From Geosiphon pyriformis uo1 (lineage: Eukaryota > Fungi > Glomeromycota), in assembly GCA_016748015.1 (NCBI GenBank), contig JAAOMT010000602.1, forward strand, positions 1,315,696 through 1,379,695: a stretch of 64,000 nt of DNA, written 5' to 3'. Below, piece after piece: positions 1-12,218 of this stretch. Below the pieces are notes generated by a model, which was not told where the DNA came from, ran no database searches, and saw nothing but the letters and a program-made list of their open reading frames with translations. The translations under genes were made by a program, and so were the position numbers. Numbering within the stretch: position 1 is the first letter of the stretch; each line of letters begins with the position of its first letter.

Positions 1-2009
1 AATAGTTTGAACTTTAAAAGTAGCTAAGAATCTTTAAATACCGACGCGAAAACTTTAACACGCTTCATGATTTCAATTATAGAGGCACCGACAGTGATCA
101 CTTTATGACAATTGTCATTTCTGGCAGCAACTAAAAAATGAGGACATTAATAAACATATAATGATTGAAAAAACATTTTAATTCGTTAAAATGTTGTTCA
201 CATGTACCAATCAAGTATAATATATCATGTGATTAAAAATAATTTTTTACAAATGAAGCGATTACACATGATCAAAACAACTTTTATATTATAATTTCTA
301 AATTTCGGTTATAAAATGGTATAAATTTTAAAATTATGTCGTTTTTATTATTGAGCATAGACTTCTCACACAATGTTAAGCTTGATAAAAAGAAATTTAT
401 TTTTGATTAATGTAAAATATTTTAGACAGTTTTTCAAGTATAGTTTCTTAAATTTAAAGATTTTCTCTAATTCCTTCCAGTCACAAACTTTTATAGTGAA
501 ATTGTAACACGAATATTTTTCTTCTCTTAATTTATTCTGAAGTCATCAGTTGATCAGTGATTTTACATAATAAGAAAATATTAAATTTCTTTTTAGATTT
601 CTCTTGATTTAACAGCAAAATAAAAATAGAATATTATATAAATGATACAAGTTTTGAGCTTTTCAATATATTTCTATTTGAAAAGAAATTGGATCTTTCA
701 GAATTTTTTTAACTCTTATGTTTTATTATTTATTTTAAAACATCAATTAAATTTCTTAATTTTTATTTAAAGATTGTTTACAAAATATATTCTTTAATCT
801 CATTTTTAAATTTAAAGAAAAGGTTTAATTAAATATATATTTTTACAAAAAATTTTTTAAGATTGCAAAAAGTTTACATCTTTTAACACTTTTTTTGATA
901 AGAGAAACTAATCAAAACGAAATATTAAAGAGCTTTAATCGGGTTTAAATTTATTGCAACCTATTTTTCATTATTTCGATCTTTTTAATAAGAATTTTTT
1001 TTAACCTTTAGTATATTTTTTTGGTCTTAAACAATTTCATATTTTCATATTTTATTATATTTCTAAAACTGAATCTGCATTGTTTAAAGTTAAATGTATT
1101 CAGATTTTTTTGAATTTTGAAGGAAAGAAAATAAATAATTTGAAAAAGTAAGTCCGATTCATGGTTTTAAGTCTTCAAAGATAATATTTTTAATTTACAA
1201 ATTTAGAATGTTTAAAAACTATCTTAAAGCCAAACTAAAATGATTGATCAAAAGCTTTTAGAAAATTTTATCTGAAAGCTTGGGAAAATTAAATTATACC
1301 TTTACGAAAAAAGAAAAAGATATGCTGTTTGCTTCAAATTGGAGAAATTTCTCATGATTGCACTTTTGAATGCATATCAAAAGAGTTTTTGAAATTCAAG
1401 TCTTTTAAATACATTCATATTTTAAGTTAGCTCTCTCTAGCTCATTTATCTTTGAATGAGGTTATAAGCGAACAGAATTTTCTAATTTATTAGAGCGTGG
1501 CTGAGGATGAGGTATTAAACCAAATTTGATGTAAAATCAAAGAATTTTTCAATTATCAAGGCTCTGTTTGAAAGAAATTGAATTACGTCTAGTTGATGGT
1601 TTTTTGATTTTTGAAAAAGAAGGCCGAAAAAATTATGGATTTCGGCGTCAACCAATTTTATTGCTTCAAATAGCTTGGTAATGAGGGTCAACACAGGTTC
1701 TATACCAAATTTGGTTTCAGCAAAGTTTTTTATTGAATAATATTTATTAGAAAACCTTACCAATAATAACCTTCTCATTTTATAATTTAACTTGAATCAA
1801 ATATCGAGTAGAATAAGTTTATTCTCAAAATGATAAAGTTACTAAAATAGCACGGAGTTAAAATTTAAGTTTATAGTTTTCTTCAAATATGACTTATATC
1901 CAGAAAATTCGCTATAAGGTATTATAAGCGCCTATTATCCCTTTAAATAGGTTTTTGTTCACCTGATTCATATCAATTGCTTCTTAATTCCGCAAAGTAT
2001 TTCTTGATA

Positions 2010-2648
2010 TCAGTTGGATTCAATTGAACGAATAACAGGTCTGATGGGACGAACGGGTTGAATAACAGGCCTAATAGGGCGAATGGGTTGTCTTATAGGA
2101 CGAATAGGCTCCAAAACGGGTCTGGCAGGGCGAATAAGTTCCAAAATGGGTCTAATAGGGCGAATGGGCTCCAAAACGGGCCTAATAGGGCGAATGGGTT
2201 GTCTTATAGGGCGAATAGGCTCTAAAACGGGTCTGGCAGGACGAATAGGTTCCAAAACGGGCCTAATAGGGCGAATTGGCTGAATAACAGGTCTTATAGG
2301 ACGAATAGGGCGAATAGGCTCTAAAACAGGTCTGATCGGACGAATAGGCTCTAAAACGGGCCTGAGTGGTCGAAACCGACTTGGAGGTTGAACAAGCTGT
2401 TGATTGGAAGTGTCTTCCTCAAAATGGGTATCTACCACAGATGGTAAAACTTCAAATTTTTTGGCTAAATCCTCGGTCATTGAGGTTTCAGATTGGTGAT
2501 TAAGATCAAGTTGAGAAGATGAATTCACTTCACCCAACGTATTAGTGACTCTTTCATGATTTACGAGATCATTAGCCATTATATTATTGAAAGGAAATGT
2601 TATGAAAAAAAAAGCGAAAAAGAACAGAATATCAAGGCTCAAATTCAT
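2010..2648 (-). CDS. Secreted Pro/Arg-rich tandem-repeat protein (signal peptide, acidic spacer, about 12 IRPIRPVLEP-like units)
   Basis: Intronless 212-aa ORF with a hydrophobic N-terminus (ILFFFAFFFITFPF) and an acidic/polar region at aa ~26-90. The repeat block starts at RFRP (nt 2378). Repeat codons vary largely at synonymous positions. Confidence 0.8.
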   Translation of the reverse strand: MNLSLDILFFFAFFFITFPFNNIMANDLVNHERVTNTLGEVNSSSQLDLNHQSETSMTEDLAKKFEVLPSVVDTHFEEDTSNQQLVQPPSRFRPLRPVLEPIRPIRPVLEPIRPIRPIRPVIQPIRPIRPVLEPIRPARPVLEPIRPIRQPIRPIRPVLEPIRPIRPILELIRPARPVLEPIRPIRQPIRPIRPVIQPVRPIRPVIRSIESN

Positions 2649-5079
2649 TTTGAAATTTGGAAGGTTATTTTATATATAAATATCTTTATGTTCGTTTGAA
2701 TGAAATTTATTGCAAAGAAATTATGAAAAGTTTGATGCGTAAATTTGAAACCAAAAAGGTTAATTTTATATGTTCAAATGTAATTTTCATTGCTGTTAAT
2801 ATAAACTACAACGTATATATTATTAGCTTCAAGACCTAGGGCGCTAAAGTTTTACTAATCATATTGAAGAAGGCGTTAAAGATTAAATTACACATCTATT
2901 CTAAAAAATTGCTTATAACGTGAGAGAAACCTACTGATTTAAAAAAGTGCTTATAGCTCATATAGAAGGTAAAATTGTAATCGAGAATTTTTTATTTAAG
3001 AAAAGTTTGTATAATTGTTTGACAATTTTAAATTTTCGCTAAATGATAAATTAGAGTTTAAAAACAAAGGGTGTTCGATCATCTTTTTATATTATTAGCT
3101 TCATGATAGAAAAGGTTTTTGATTATTTTTTTATATTAATAGCTTCATGATAGAAAAATTATTGCAACTCGTCGATATAAAATTTTGAATGATTCAGCAT
3201 ATTATTCGCATCTGGTTTAAATCATTTAATTAATTTCAACTCACAATTTAAGGTTTAAGATTGTTTAATTTGCATTTTGATGGTAAAGTTTTACGATTTA
3301 TACTTTGGAAAACTTTTTTAATGCTAAAAATCTTGATTTATTTTGATTTCAATTTATAAATTAAAATCTAATTATGTTCTTTTTAAACAACAAAAAAGAA
3401 ACTCAAAAACATTTAATGGGACTATCACTTTTAAAAAGTGCAATATACTGTTTCAAAAGAGAGAAAATAAAGAACTATATTTCAGTCTACTCCAAACCTA
3501 AATTGAAATTTTTAGGCAACAAAGATTGCGAGTCTTATTTTTATAAATAGAATTTGGTTAAAATATATCACGAAATAGTAAAATTTATGTTTTATTTTTG
3601 AGTGGTCCTTAAATCATGTATCCTATATTAGAAAATTTAAGGACCTCTTGAGGATCGGGTTTTTGAAAAAAAATGTTACAAATTGCTAATTTGAAACTTC
3701 TTCCTGACTATATGTATTTCAAAAAGGCAAAAATTTCACTTTAATAGCTGTATTATCTTTATATTCGGCTTTATTCAGAGAAATTATAAAGAGTCACAGA
3801 ATTTGAAATAATCGCTGCAAACGTGACTAAAATAAATAATTTGATGCGAAATATAACTCGATCCTTAGCTGTACGCCATGTTGAAATCATCTGCTGTGAT
3901 TAGCTCTTCAAAAAGTCATCATGGGACGACAATTAGAAATTTTAACGAGTTTCACAAAATTTAAAAGGAAAATATTTTCAAACACTTTGATATCAAATTT
4001 GGAGATGAAACAAATTAACAAAGATCAATTACTTTTTCGACTCATCTAGTTTTAATATTATAATTTTCCCAATTATAATTTCAAATCTTAATGTTAAAAA
4101 ATTTATTTTTATGCAATATCAAAAGCAATTTTTTCAAGTTCTTCTATTATTTAAAATAGCTTCGCGTTTAAATTTTTAATGAAACTAACCTCTCATTAGT
4201 TTCTATTTCATTTCGTAATAAATAATGAAAAATAAATCTAAATAGAAGTTATGATTTTATTGACTAATAAATATTTCAACATTTTATTCAGCTCAAATTT
4301 TAAAGAAATCAAGATTTAGTAAGAATAGTTTATCTATTGTGCTTGTACAATCAGACCTAGGTTGAACCAAATTTTAAAAGCTGCACAATGATAAATTTAG
4401 ACTAACAGAGATAAATTCAAATCTCAAATTAAAGACATAGTAGATGTATTTAAGAAATGCATGGTCTTGAAAAATTTTCCATTTTAATTATTACCCGCAT
4501 TATTATATTTTTAATATCATAAAATGTCTTTCAAGTAAAGGAAGTCGACTTAAGAAAATCTTTTAATTTACCTCTTCTTTAACATCAAGTTGGAAGATCA
4601 TTAAGAAACTTTTTAAGAATCCAAAAGAAAATGGCCGATGCATTTTTCTTAGATACCGTCCTATCCGAGCTGCCAAACATCTCCGACCTAGTTCGATCAT
4701 TCACAATTCCAACCCTTCGACCCGGCCAACTCCTAAACTAAAAGAATAGATAGGGTGACTATATCTTGGTATTCAGTAAGCTGCATCAATCAGCGAAAAT
4801 CATAATATCCTTGCGTCATTATACCTACACCGCAAAAAAAAAACTGGGTACTTGATCTTTTGTGCACATAAATGAACTTAACAAGTACAGCCGCCCCCCA
4901 ACAAGAGACATTATGAATTTGATTACCGCTCAACTTATACTTCAATGATAAATCCATAATTCTGATCTTCCCATCAAAAATACGTCACTATTATAAATAA
5001 ATAAATAGCAGTTTTCGACATAAAAAAAGTTCATAAAATATCTTCTTTTGCCCCCATTTTTTTTCACGCAAATTTCAAA

Positions 5080-5454
5080 ATGAAACGACAAAGATTTTTA
5101 TCTGAATTTGATTCTGCAAAACCTGTGCGCAAGCAAGACCTGGAACTGACACCGGATGAACACTTGTTTCTTGAACAAAGCCAGAAAATAGAACAAGCAT
5201 CAATGTTGAATTCGGCCTATCTGCAATCTCGTCATCCCAGTGATCTGATGATTTATCCATGGGAAGGTTTGTTTCGCTACCACTTAGCCAGTTTGGCCAA
5301 GAAAATGGATAGCAAAAAAACACATTGGCCTGATCAAAATATTTGAAATAGAATGGGATGATAATGAAGAAGATGAAAAGCCGGGCTCAGGTGTAGCTGC
5401 GCGACAAAAGTATGGATATTGGATAATTAAATATCGATATTTCGATTCAAAATA
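5080..5454 (+). CDS. 5' part of a spliced hypothetical gene running into the assembly gap
   Basis: ATG at 5080. A phase-1 GT..AG intron at 5267-5351 joins ...IYPWE to EWDDNEEDEKPGSGVAARQKYGYWIIKYRYFDSK, which stays open until the Ns begin at 5455. Confidence 0.6.
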
Positions 5455-6290
5455 NNNNNNNNNNNNNNNNNNNNNNNNNNNNNNNNNNNNNNNNNNNNNN
5501 NNNNNNNNNNNNNNNNNNNNNNNNNNNNNNNNNNNNNNNNNNNNNNNNNNNNNNNNNNNNNNNNNNNNNNNNNNNNNNNNNNNNNNNNNNNNNNNNNNNN
5601 NNNNNNNNNNNNNNNNNNNNNNNNNNNNNNNNNNNNNNNNNNNNNNNNNNNNNNNNNNNNNNNNNNNNNNNNNNNNNNNNNNNNNNNNNNNNNNNNNNNN
5701 NNNNNNNNNNNNNNNNNNNNNNNNNNNNNNNNNNNNNNNNNNNNNNNNNNNNNNNNNNNNNNNNNNNNNNNNNNNNNNNNNNNNNNNNNNNNNNNNNNNN
5801 NNNNNNNNNNNNNNNNNNNNNNNNNNNNNNNNNNNNNNNNNNNNNNNNNNNNNNNNNNNNNNNNNNNNNNNNNNNNNNNNNNNNNNNNNNNNNNNNNNNN
5901 NNNNNNNNNNNNNNNNNNNNNNNNNNNNNNNNNNNNNNNNNNNNNNNNNNNNNNNNNNNNNNNNNNNNNNNNNNNNNNNNNNNNNNNNNNNNNNNNNNNN
6001 NNNNNNNNNNNNNNNNNNNNNNNNNNNNNNNNNNNNNNNNNNNNNNNNNNNNNNNNNNNNNNNNNNNNNNNNNNNNNNNNNNNNNNNNNNNNNNNNNNNN
6101 NNNNNNNNNNNNNNNNNNNNNNNNNNNNNNNNNNNNNNNNNNNNNNNNNNNNNNNNNNNNNNNNNNNNNNNNNNNNNNNNNNNNNNNNNNNNNNNNNNNN
6201 NNNNNNNNNNNNNNNNNNNNNNNNNNNNNNNNNNNNNNNNNNNNNNNNNNNNNNNNNNNNNNNNNNNNNNNNNNNNNNNNNNNNNNNNNN
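5455..6290. other. Assembly gap (836 N)
   Basis: Run of N characters. Confidence 1.
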
Positions 6291-6739
6291 GTTAAATGAG
6301 AGTGTCAAGAAATTCTAGATTTTTGTTATAATGAGCTTTTTGGAGAGTTTTTTGACCTTTCATGTCGTGAATGCAAGTTTTTTATTTTAGAAGTAAAAAA
6401 TTTATCATAAGGACAAACAAGATACCAGAATTCCAATTGTGGTTCTGAGCATTGGTTCAGCCGAACTAATTATTGAAAAAGGTATTTTTATTTATCTTTT
6501 AGAGTATAAAGAGTTGGCCAGAATTTATGCCGGTAGGCACATATAAGCCTTGTGCTACAATATGCCATAAATATACGTACCACAAAGAAGTATGAATCTC
6601 ATTGGTCATAAAATATACATACATCGGTCATTAAAATCCGATCAAATTTGATTAAAATGGCTCTAATTCAAAAATATTCTCCCAAGCTAAATTTTTTAGT
6701 CGTTGATCTTGTTTAATCTTGAGTAAATATCAGGTCACT

Positions 6740-7867
6740 ATGCCATTTGTTAACGAAAAGCTCACCCCAAGAGAGCTAAAACTGATAATTGACCTTGAAA
6801 GAATTTCTAAACATCGACCGGATTTTTCTTTAATTCTTTTGGCCTCAAGAATATTATATCGCGCTCAGTTAAAGCTTTATGCACAAGATAGAATCCAGTC
6901 TGACGTTTTGATCAAAATATTCAAAGATGAAATTCAACATTTACCAATCCTTCTTCAAAGATTAGATTGTGAACCAATATATTCCGTTTCGGGGTTGGCT
7001 TCCCTCGAAAATAAATTCTCCGAGTTTCTGTTGACTTCTCTAACTCCTTTGCAAAGTCTCCGATATCTACTAACTAATAATATAGAATCTTTAGGAACCT
7101 CAAAATCAATTTCAGCCATTCGTAGGTGTTACAAAAACCTGGTGAAATTATTAGATTCAATATTTTTTGCAGATAATGAATTACATAATAAAGTTGGGGA
7201 ACCTTCGCAAAGAGGAAATATTTGTGAGGTAAACTTTGCCATCAATGACCTTCTTTGTTCTGAAGGACCTAATGAGAAAGAAAGAATTCAGGCTCCAACC
7301 CGATTTTTGTGGCTTCGTACGTTAACTGATAATGACAATGTAACTCATTGTGAAACTTCTTCATTTGCTTTGCGTCGAAATGAAGTTGTAGCAAGCACTA
7401 AGTATCGGAATAGAATGCTGAGAATGAACCGCGTTCAAAAATTGTATTCAAAAATTCCTGCTACACAATTTTCTCAATTAAGAAGAGCGAAACGTAATTC
7501 GGCCGGCCCTCAGCAAAGATATGAAAGGCCAGCTCTCCCTTTCAAGGAAAAAAATAATATGAGCTCAGTAAACCAGCTAAGAGATAATGATGCTCATATC
7601 GAACCATCGAATTCTCTTAGTCCAGTACAAATGAATCAGTACGACTTAGGAATGAGTACGCTCCCAAGTTTTTTACAGCCTGACCCATTTGATAACAGAC
7701 ACGAAAGAAGTAATTATACGTTACAAGAAGCTTCTAAAAACTGCCAGAAGCACAATTATAGCGCTTATTCTCCTTACTTATGTCAATGCATAAGATCAAA
7801 AAGCCCTCTAAAATCTCGAAAAAATTTATCTGATTATTCACTTTTCAGTGTGGTCAAGAAACATTAA
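6740..7867 (+). CDS. Hypothetical protein (~375 aa; Leu-rich, probably helical N-terminal region and polar C-terminus)
   Basis: Long stop-free ORF in very AT-rich DNA. The first ATG is at 6740 (the track starts at TTG 6719). No family recognised. Confidence 0.65.
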   Translation: MPFVNEKLTPRELKLIIDLERISKHRPDFSLILLASRILYRAQLKLYAQDRIQSDVLIKIFKDEIQHLPILLQRLDCEPIYSVSGLASLENKFSEFLLTSLTPLQSLRYLLTNNIESLGTSKSISAIRRCYKNLVKLLDSIFFADNELHNKVGEPSQRGNICEVNFAINDLLCSEGPNEKERIQAPTRFLWLRTLTDNDNVTHCETSSFALRRNEVVASTKYRNRMLRMNRVQKLYSKIPATQFSQLRRAKRNSAGPQQRYERPALPFKEKNNMSSVNQLRDNDAHIEPSNSLSPVQMNQYDLGMSTLPSFLQPDPFDNRHERSNYTLQEASKNCQKHNYSAYSPYLCQCIRSKSPLKSRKNLSDYSLFSVVKKH

Positions 7868-10800
7868 ATTATATGATAAAAAGACAATTTTAAGTTTTAA
7901 TCGAATTATTTTTACGCTATCAAAAATTTTAAGAGGAGAAAGTTTACAATGGCTGTGATATCTCTAATTACACCATCTTAGTCTCCCAGTCATGATCGTT
8001 ATTTTAAATTGTGCTAGGCCTAAGATTACTTTCATCCTTATTTCCCCCTTGTATTAGTATATTTCCGACGAAATACGTTTATAAAAACATTTATATTTTT
8101 CATTGAATTTAGAAAAATTTCGTTTTAGATCTCTATGATACTCTTATTTCGAACTTTTATTCCCAGAGCCTTTCGAAAAACCTTGTATAAAAAAAATTTA
8201 CATTTAATTACTGCCTTTTTAACGCTAGCGATTGAAAAACAAGTTCTTTTTTCTGTTCTGTTCTGTTCTGTTTAACCGTTTTACTCATTTTTCAACAACA
8301 ACAACGACAACAACAATAAGAAGTTCTGTTCTAATCTATTTTGACTCCCCATTTTCGCGTAAACTTTTTAGATTTTTAAAAATTAATATTTAGAATATTT
8401 TGATAATAGCCACTAATTAATATCTTTAAGTTAAAGCTATCTGTTCTGTTCTAAAAATAGATGTAATTTATAGATTTTTTATTTGGAAAACGGTTTTTAA
8501 AACCTCAAAAATTAAAAACAATCGAGTTTTGTAAACGATCGTCATACATAAACCAGACCCATGTGAAATGCTGTTGTGCTTAATTTTAGACAAAAGGGAA
8601 TTCAAATTGATTGTCTTTAATTCTACCATTAATATCTCTTCATGTTTTTAGATAACTCGAGGAACTCAAGATATTAATAACTATCTAAGCCAATCAAAGA
8701 AATAAACCTTGTATTGGATTGATTGAAAAACAATTTTCCAAATTGGAATTTTCAAGGATTTAAAAAAATTACAAGCAAAACACGGAAAAACTAATCTTTA
8801 AATCTCAACGAGCGAGTAGTCTTGCCGATAGAAAATTTTCCATGAGTAAGTGCTTCTAAACAGACATCAAATTTTAAACTTGGTGTACTTTTGAACATCT
8901 GATTTTTTCAAAATAGATCAATTTTTTTTAGGTCTTTAAATACTGCCAGAAAAGTACACTGGCCGATGGAAAAGTGCTGCTATGTATGTACATATATTTT
9001 AGTTTCCAATATACACCTCTATCTTTGACGACAAAAAATGATTAAGCTAACCCTTTCCAATTGACCTTAATAACTGATCTTGGCATATTCATTCAGAGAT
9101 AGATATAAAATTCTTTGAAATTTTTTATAAATCATTTTATTAATTTTCTAATTATCATGAAATAAATCCAAGGGTGTGAAAGAATCTCAAAAGACTTTGA
9201 ACACGGAACCAAACACTGGAGCTGTTTTCCTCCGAATTAAATACTGAGGATGAGCCACATTCTAAATACATTTCAAATCCTTTTGCTGGAAAAGGCAAAA
9301 ATATCCTTTGATTATTTGTCATATTCGAGATCGAACGAATGCCGAAGGGAAACTGGTGATGTCAAAAAAATGACAATCCGAAGAACACAAGTCGTATTGC
9401 CGAAATTTGTCTTGAAAACAATATGTCTAAAGTTATAGATAAGTTATTAAATAATTTTAATGGGAAATTTATAGGCTGTTGTCAAGGCAACGTGGAAAGG
9501 TGGATGGGTAAAAATCGTACCAATCTGCAAGAGTTTTGATCGAAAATAAATCTAAACCAATCATTTAAAAACGAGTTTTAGCCTTATATATGTGGTTTGC
9601 TCATGAAAAGTGATAACATTATGGCAAAACCCCTATAATTAGATAAATTAAAAACATTAATAAAATATATTTTTTTCATAATTTTACTGCTTTTGATTTG
9701 TAAAAGACGTGCATTCATTTCCTACAATATTAATTTCTAATAAGATATTAGTAATTTCATTATTAAAATTATGTACCTTATTTCTATTATTCAACGAGTA
9801 AAAAATCTAATTCAGTTGAATTTAATTATATTAGAATAAACAAAATGGTTTGATTTCCAAAAATATACTGTCTTGAATTATTTATATATTATTTATATAT
9901 TTAGTTATTTTATTTATTATTAAAATATTTCAATAAATATACAGAATTGATTTTAAAGTTGAAAAAAGTATCAAACAAGCTGTTAAAATGATTACAAGAT
10001 TAAATGAATTGTTCTGACTTATTTAATAAACTTTGAATATTGTTAAAAAGTACTCTAAAATTTACTGATTAAAACATAAAAATATTGTAAATATTCAATT
10101 AATAACTTTAAATTATCAAATTTTATTTGTAATTTTATATATTACAAATCTTTGATTTTTGTATTTTCAAATTACCCATTGTTAAAAATTTAATTTCAAT
10201 ATGATGCATATACTTCTTAAAATGTCTATAAACAAATTATTATTATTATTATTTGTAGACAATGTAGCTCTAACCACGTATCGTACATTAGACGTGGATC
10301 GCGCGTGACTACCCACCCGTAATAAATAAATAACATCATATCAATGTTGCATTGTTTTAAAATAAAATTAATATTTTTTAAGGCTTTAAAAAGTTCTAGA
10401 ATGTTTTGTTTTGAAAAAAATTAATGACTAAATTAACAATTAAACCAACAAAATATTTGTATCAAGTAATAATTCATAATTAATAGAATTTAATAATCAA
10501 TAACAGTAAAATATTTTAGCTAATAGTTTTTAATATTGAAATTTAATTTTTTCAAAAGTCCAAATAAAATAAATTAGTAAATTTTACATTATTCAATTAT
10601 TCAATTTCCAAAGGAAATAAAACTAAAAATTATAGTTTATTTTCAGAAGTGTTGACCTTTTTAGTAAGAAGGATTCTAATGAGTTTCGTAATTTTTAAAA
10701 TCATATACAATATAATTTATGCGATAAACTCTATTTTAAAATTCTGCAAACCGCGACCATTTTAGAAAAATTATTGAATTAGAAAGGTTATTAATAATCG

Positions 10801-11456
10801 ACTCAAAACAATTTACCTTTGCCTTTGCCTTTCATTAAAATTATTTATTATTATTATTATTATTATTTAAATCCTTACGTTTCATTGAAAAAACTGCATA
10901 ACTTGAGGGTTTTCATTAAATCTTTTTTCTATTTGTATGACTGTAATTTTTGTGAATAAAGCGGTGCATTATTGGATAAACATAATTTCATGAATGTTTA
11001 ACAGAGTTTACAAAATGGTAAATATCTATCGAATAACACTTGATCAAGTTTCAAAACTCAAATCAACTCATATTACTTGTCTTTTTGTAATTTTTGTAAA
11101 TTTATTTTTTTTTATCTCAAACTCATTTCGAGCGATTAAAATTCATATACTTTTGAGTTCCAATATATATTTAAATCAAATACATCATGTGAATAGTAGC
11201 TGTAAAAGTAATCGCGGTCAATTAATAATTTTTGACAATATAAAAACACGAAAACTCATGATAATAAATAGTATTAAGAATGATTTTAAGATTCATCACC
11301 AGTTCAGCTGGCGTACAATTTCAAGAAAAAGTGAATGGTAATATTTTACAAAGAGAATAGAAATATTTTACAAAGAGAATAGACAAACGAAAAAAATTAA
11401 AATTAAAAATAATAATAAGGTAATACGGAAGTAAAATTAAAATAAATATCCGGTGA

Positions 11457-12218
11457 CTAGTTAACCAACCCGAGCTGCTCAATCCAAGAAGCCCAATCTT
11501 TGACTGCCTCTTCAACCTGACATTCAGGCTTTAATGCAATAGCTTTTATATCTTCATATGCAGGAAAATGAGGTGATGATGGTGGAACATATTTTGAAAT
11601 TCGTAACCACTGTTGAGTAAGTCTTGAATCCATTGGACATTCTCGTCTTTTTCGTCGCAAAATTTTGGCTTCAATATTAGCTTCTTTGTCGATATCGTCT
11701 TCAATGGCCAAAGAATTCTTTTCAGGAACCGTTTGCAACGGAGGTGATGGTGTGATATTTTCAATTAAAGTTGATAGAACATTTGTATGACGTGTGACTT
11801 TAATTTCTAATCCTTTAGGATTTTTTTTTGATTTTTTCCAAGCCTGAAATTCTTTTGGAAGCCTTGAACATATCACTCTATCAGGTAAATATTCTTCTTT
11901 GAAAAGTTTTGAAATCATTCCTCGATAGAATTGAATATGTGATATGAGCTTTTCATAGTCCTCGTCATATAGTTCATCACTTGAAGAAGAGTCCTCACTC
12001 TTCTCGTCGTCGTCGTCGTGAAAGTATTCGTTGTAGATCGAGGAGGGGTAATTGTTTAATGGTTTACACATGTCACACTCGTAGAGAAAAGCTTCACAGT
12101 ATTTCGGAATGCTATTGTTTGGATGATCTTTTTCCAAGATGAGTTGTTGAAGAATATAAAGGGAATCCATAATACGATGTAATGGGTGCTGATAAGTTTG
12201 ATCATGAGTAGTAAACAT
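11457..12218 (-). CDS. Hypothetical protein, 253 aa
   Basis: Intronless ATG-initiated ORF containing C-x6-C-x2-C (YCEAFLYECDMC), an acidic/Ser tract and basic NLS-like runs (KKSKK, RRKRR). Confidence 0.7.
   Translation of the reverse strand: MFTTHDQTYQHPLHRIMDSLYILQQLILEKDHPNNSIPKYCEAFLYECDMCKPLNNYPSSIYNEYFHDDDDEKSEDSSSSDELYDEDYEKLISHIQFYRGMISKLFKEEYLPDRVICSRLPKEFQAWKKSKKNPKGLEIKVTRHTNVLSTLIENITPSPPLQTVPEKNSLAIEDDIDKEANIEAKILRRKRRECPMDSRLTQQWLRISKYVPPSSPHFPAYEDIKAIALKPECQVEEAVKDWASWIEQLGLVN

Noticed and set aside
1515-1778. 87-aa ORF
   Set aside because: No recognisable motif or consistent splice model.
2083-2283. Plus-strand repeat ORF (GLIGRIGSKT)
   Set aside because: It is the antisense shadow of the Pro/Arg repeat gene.
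2030-2380. Regularly spaced repeats as a possible CRISPR array
   Set aside because: These are codon-phased coding repeats with no unique spacers, in a eukaryotic context with no cas genes.
5427-6308. 293-aa ORF of X residues
   Set aside because: Artefact of the N gap.
8241-8460. TTCTG repeats resembling 37357-37450 in reverse
   Set aside because: Low-complexity similarity only; no terminal repeats or target duplication could be defined.
9250-9540. Possible kinase remnant (AVVKATWKGGWVK)
   Set aside because: A single short motif with no downstream kinase subdomains.
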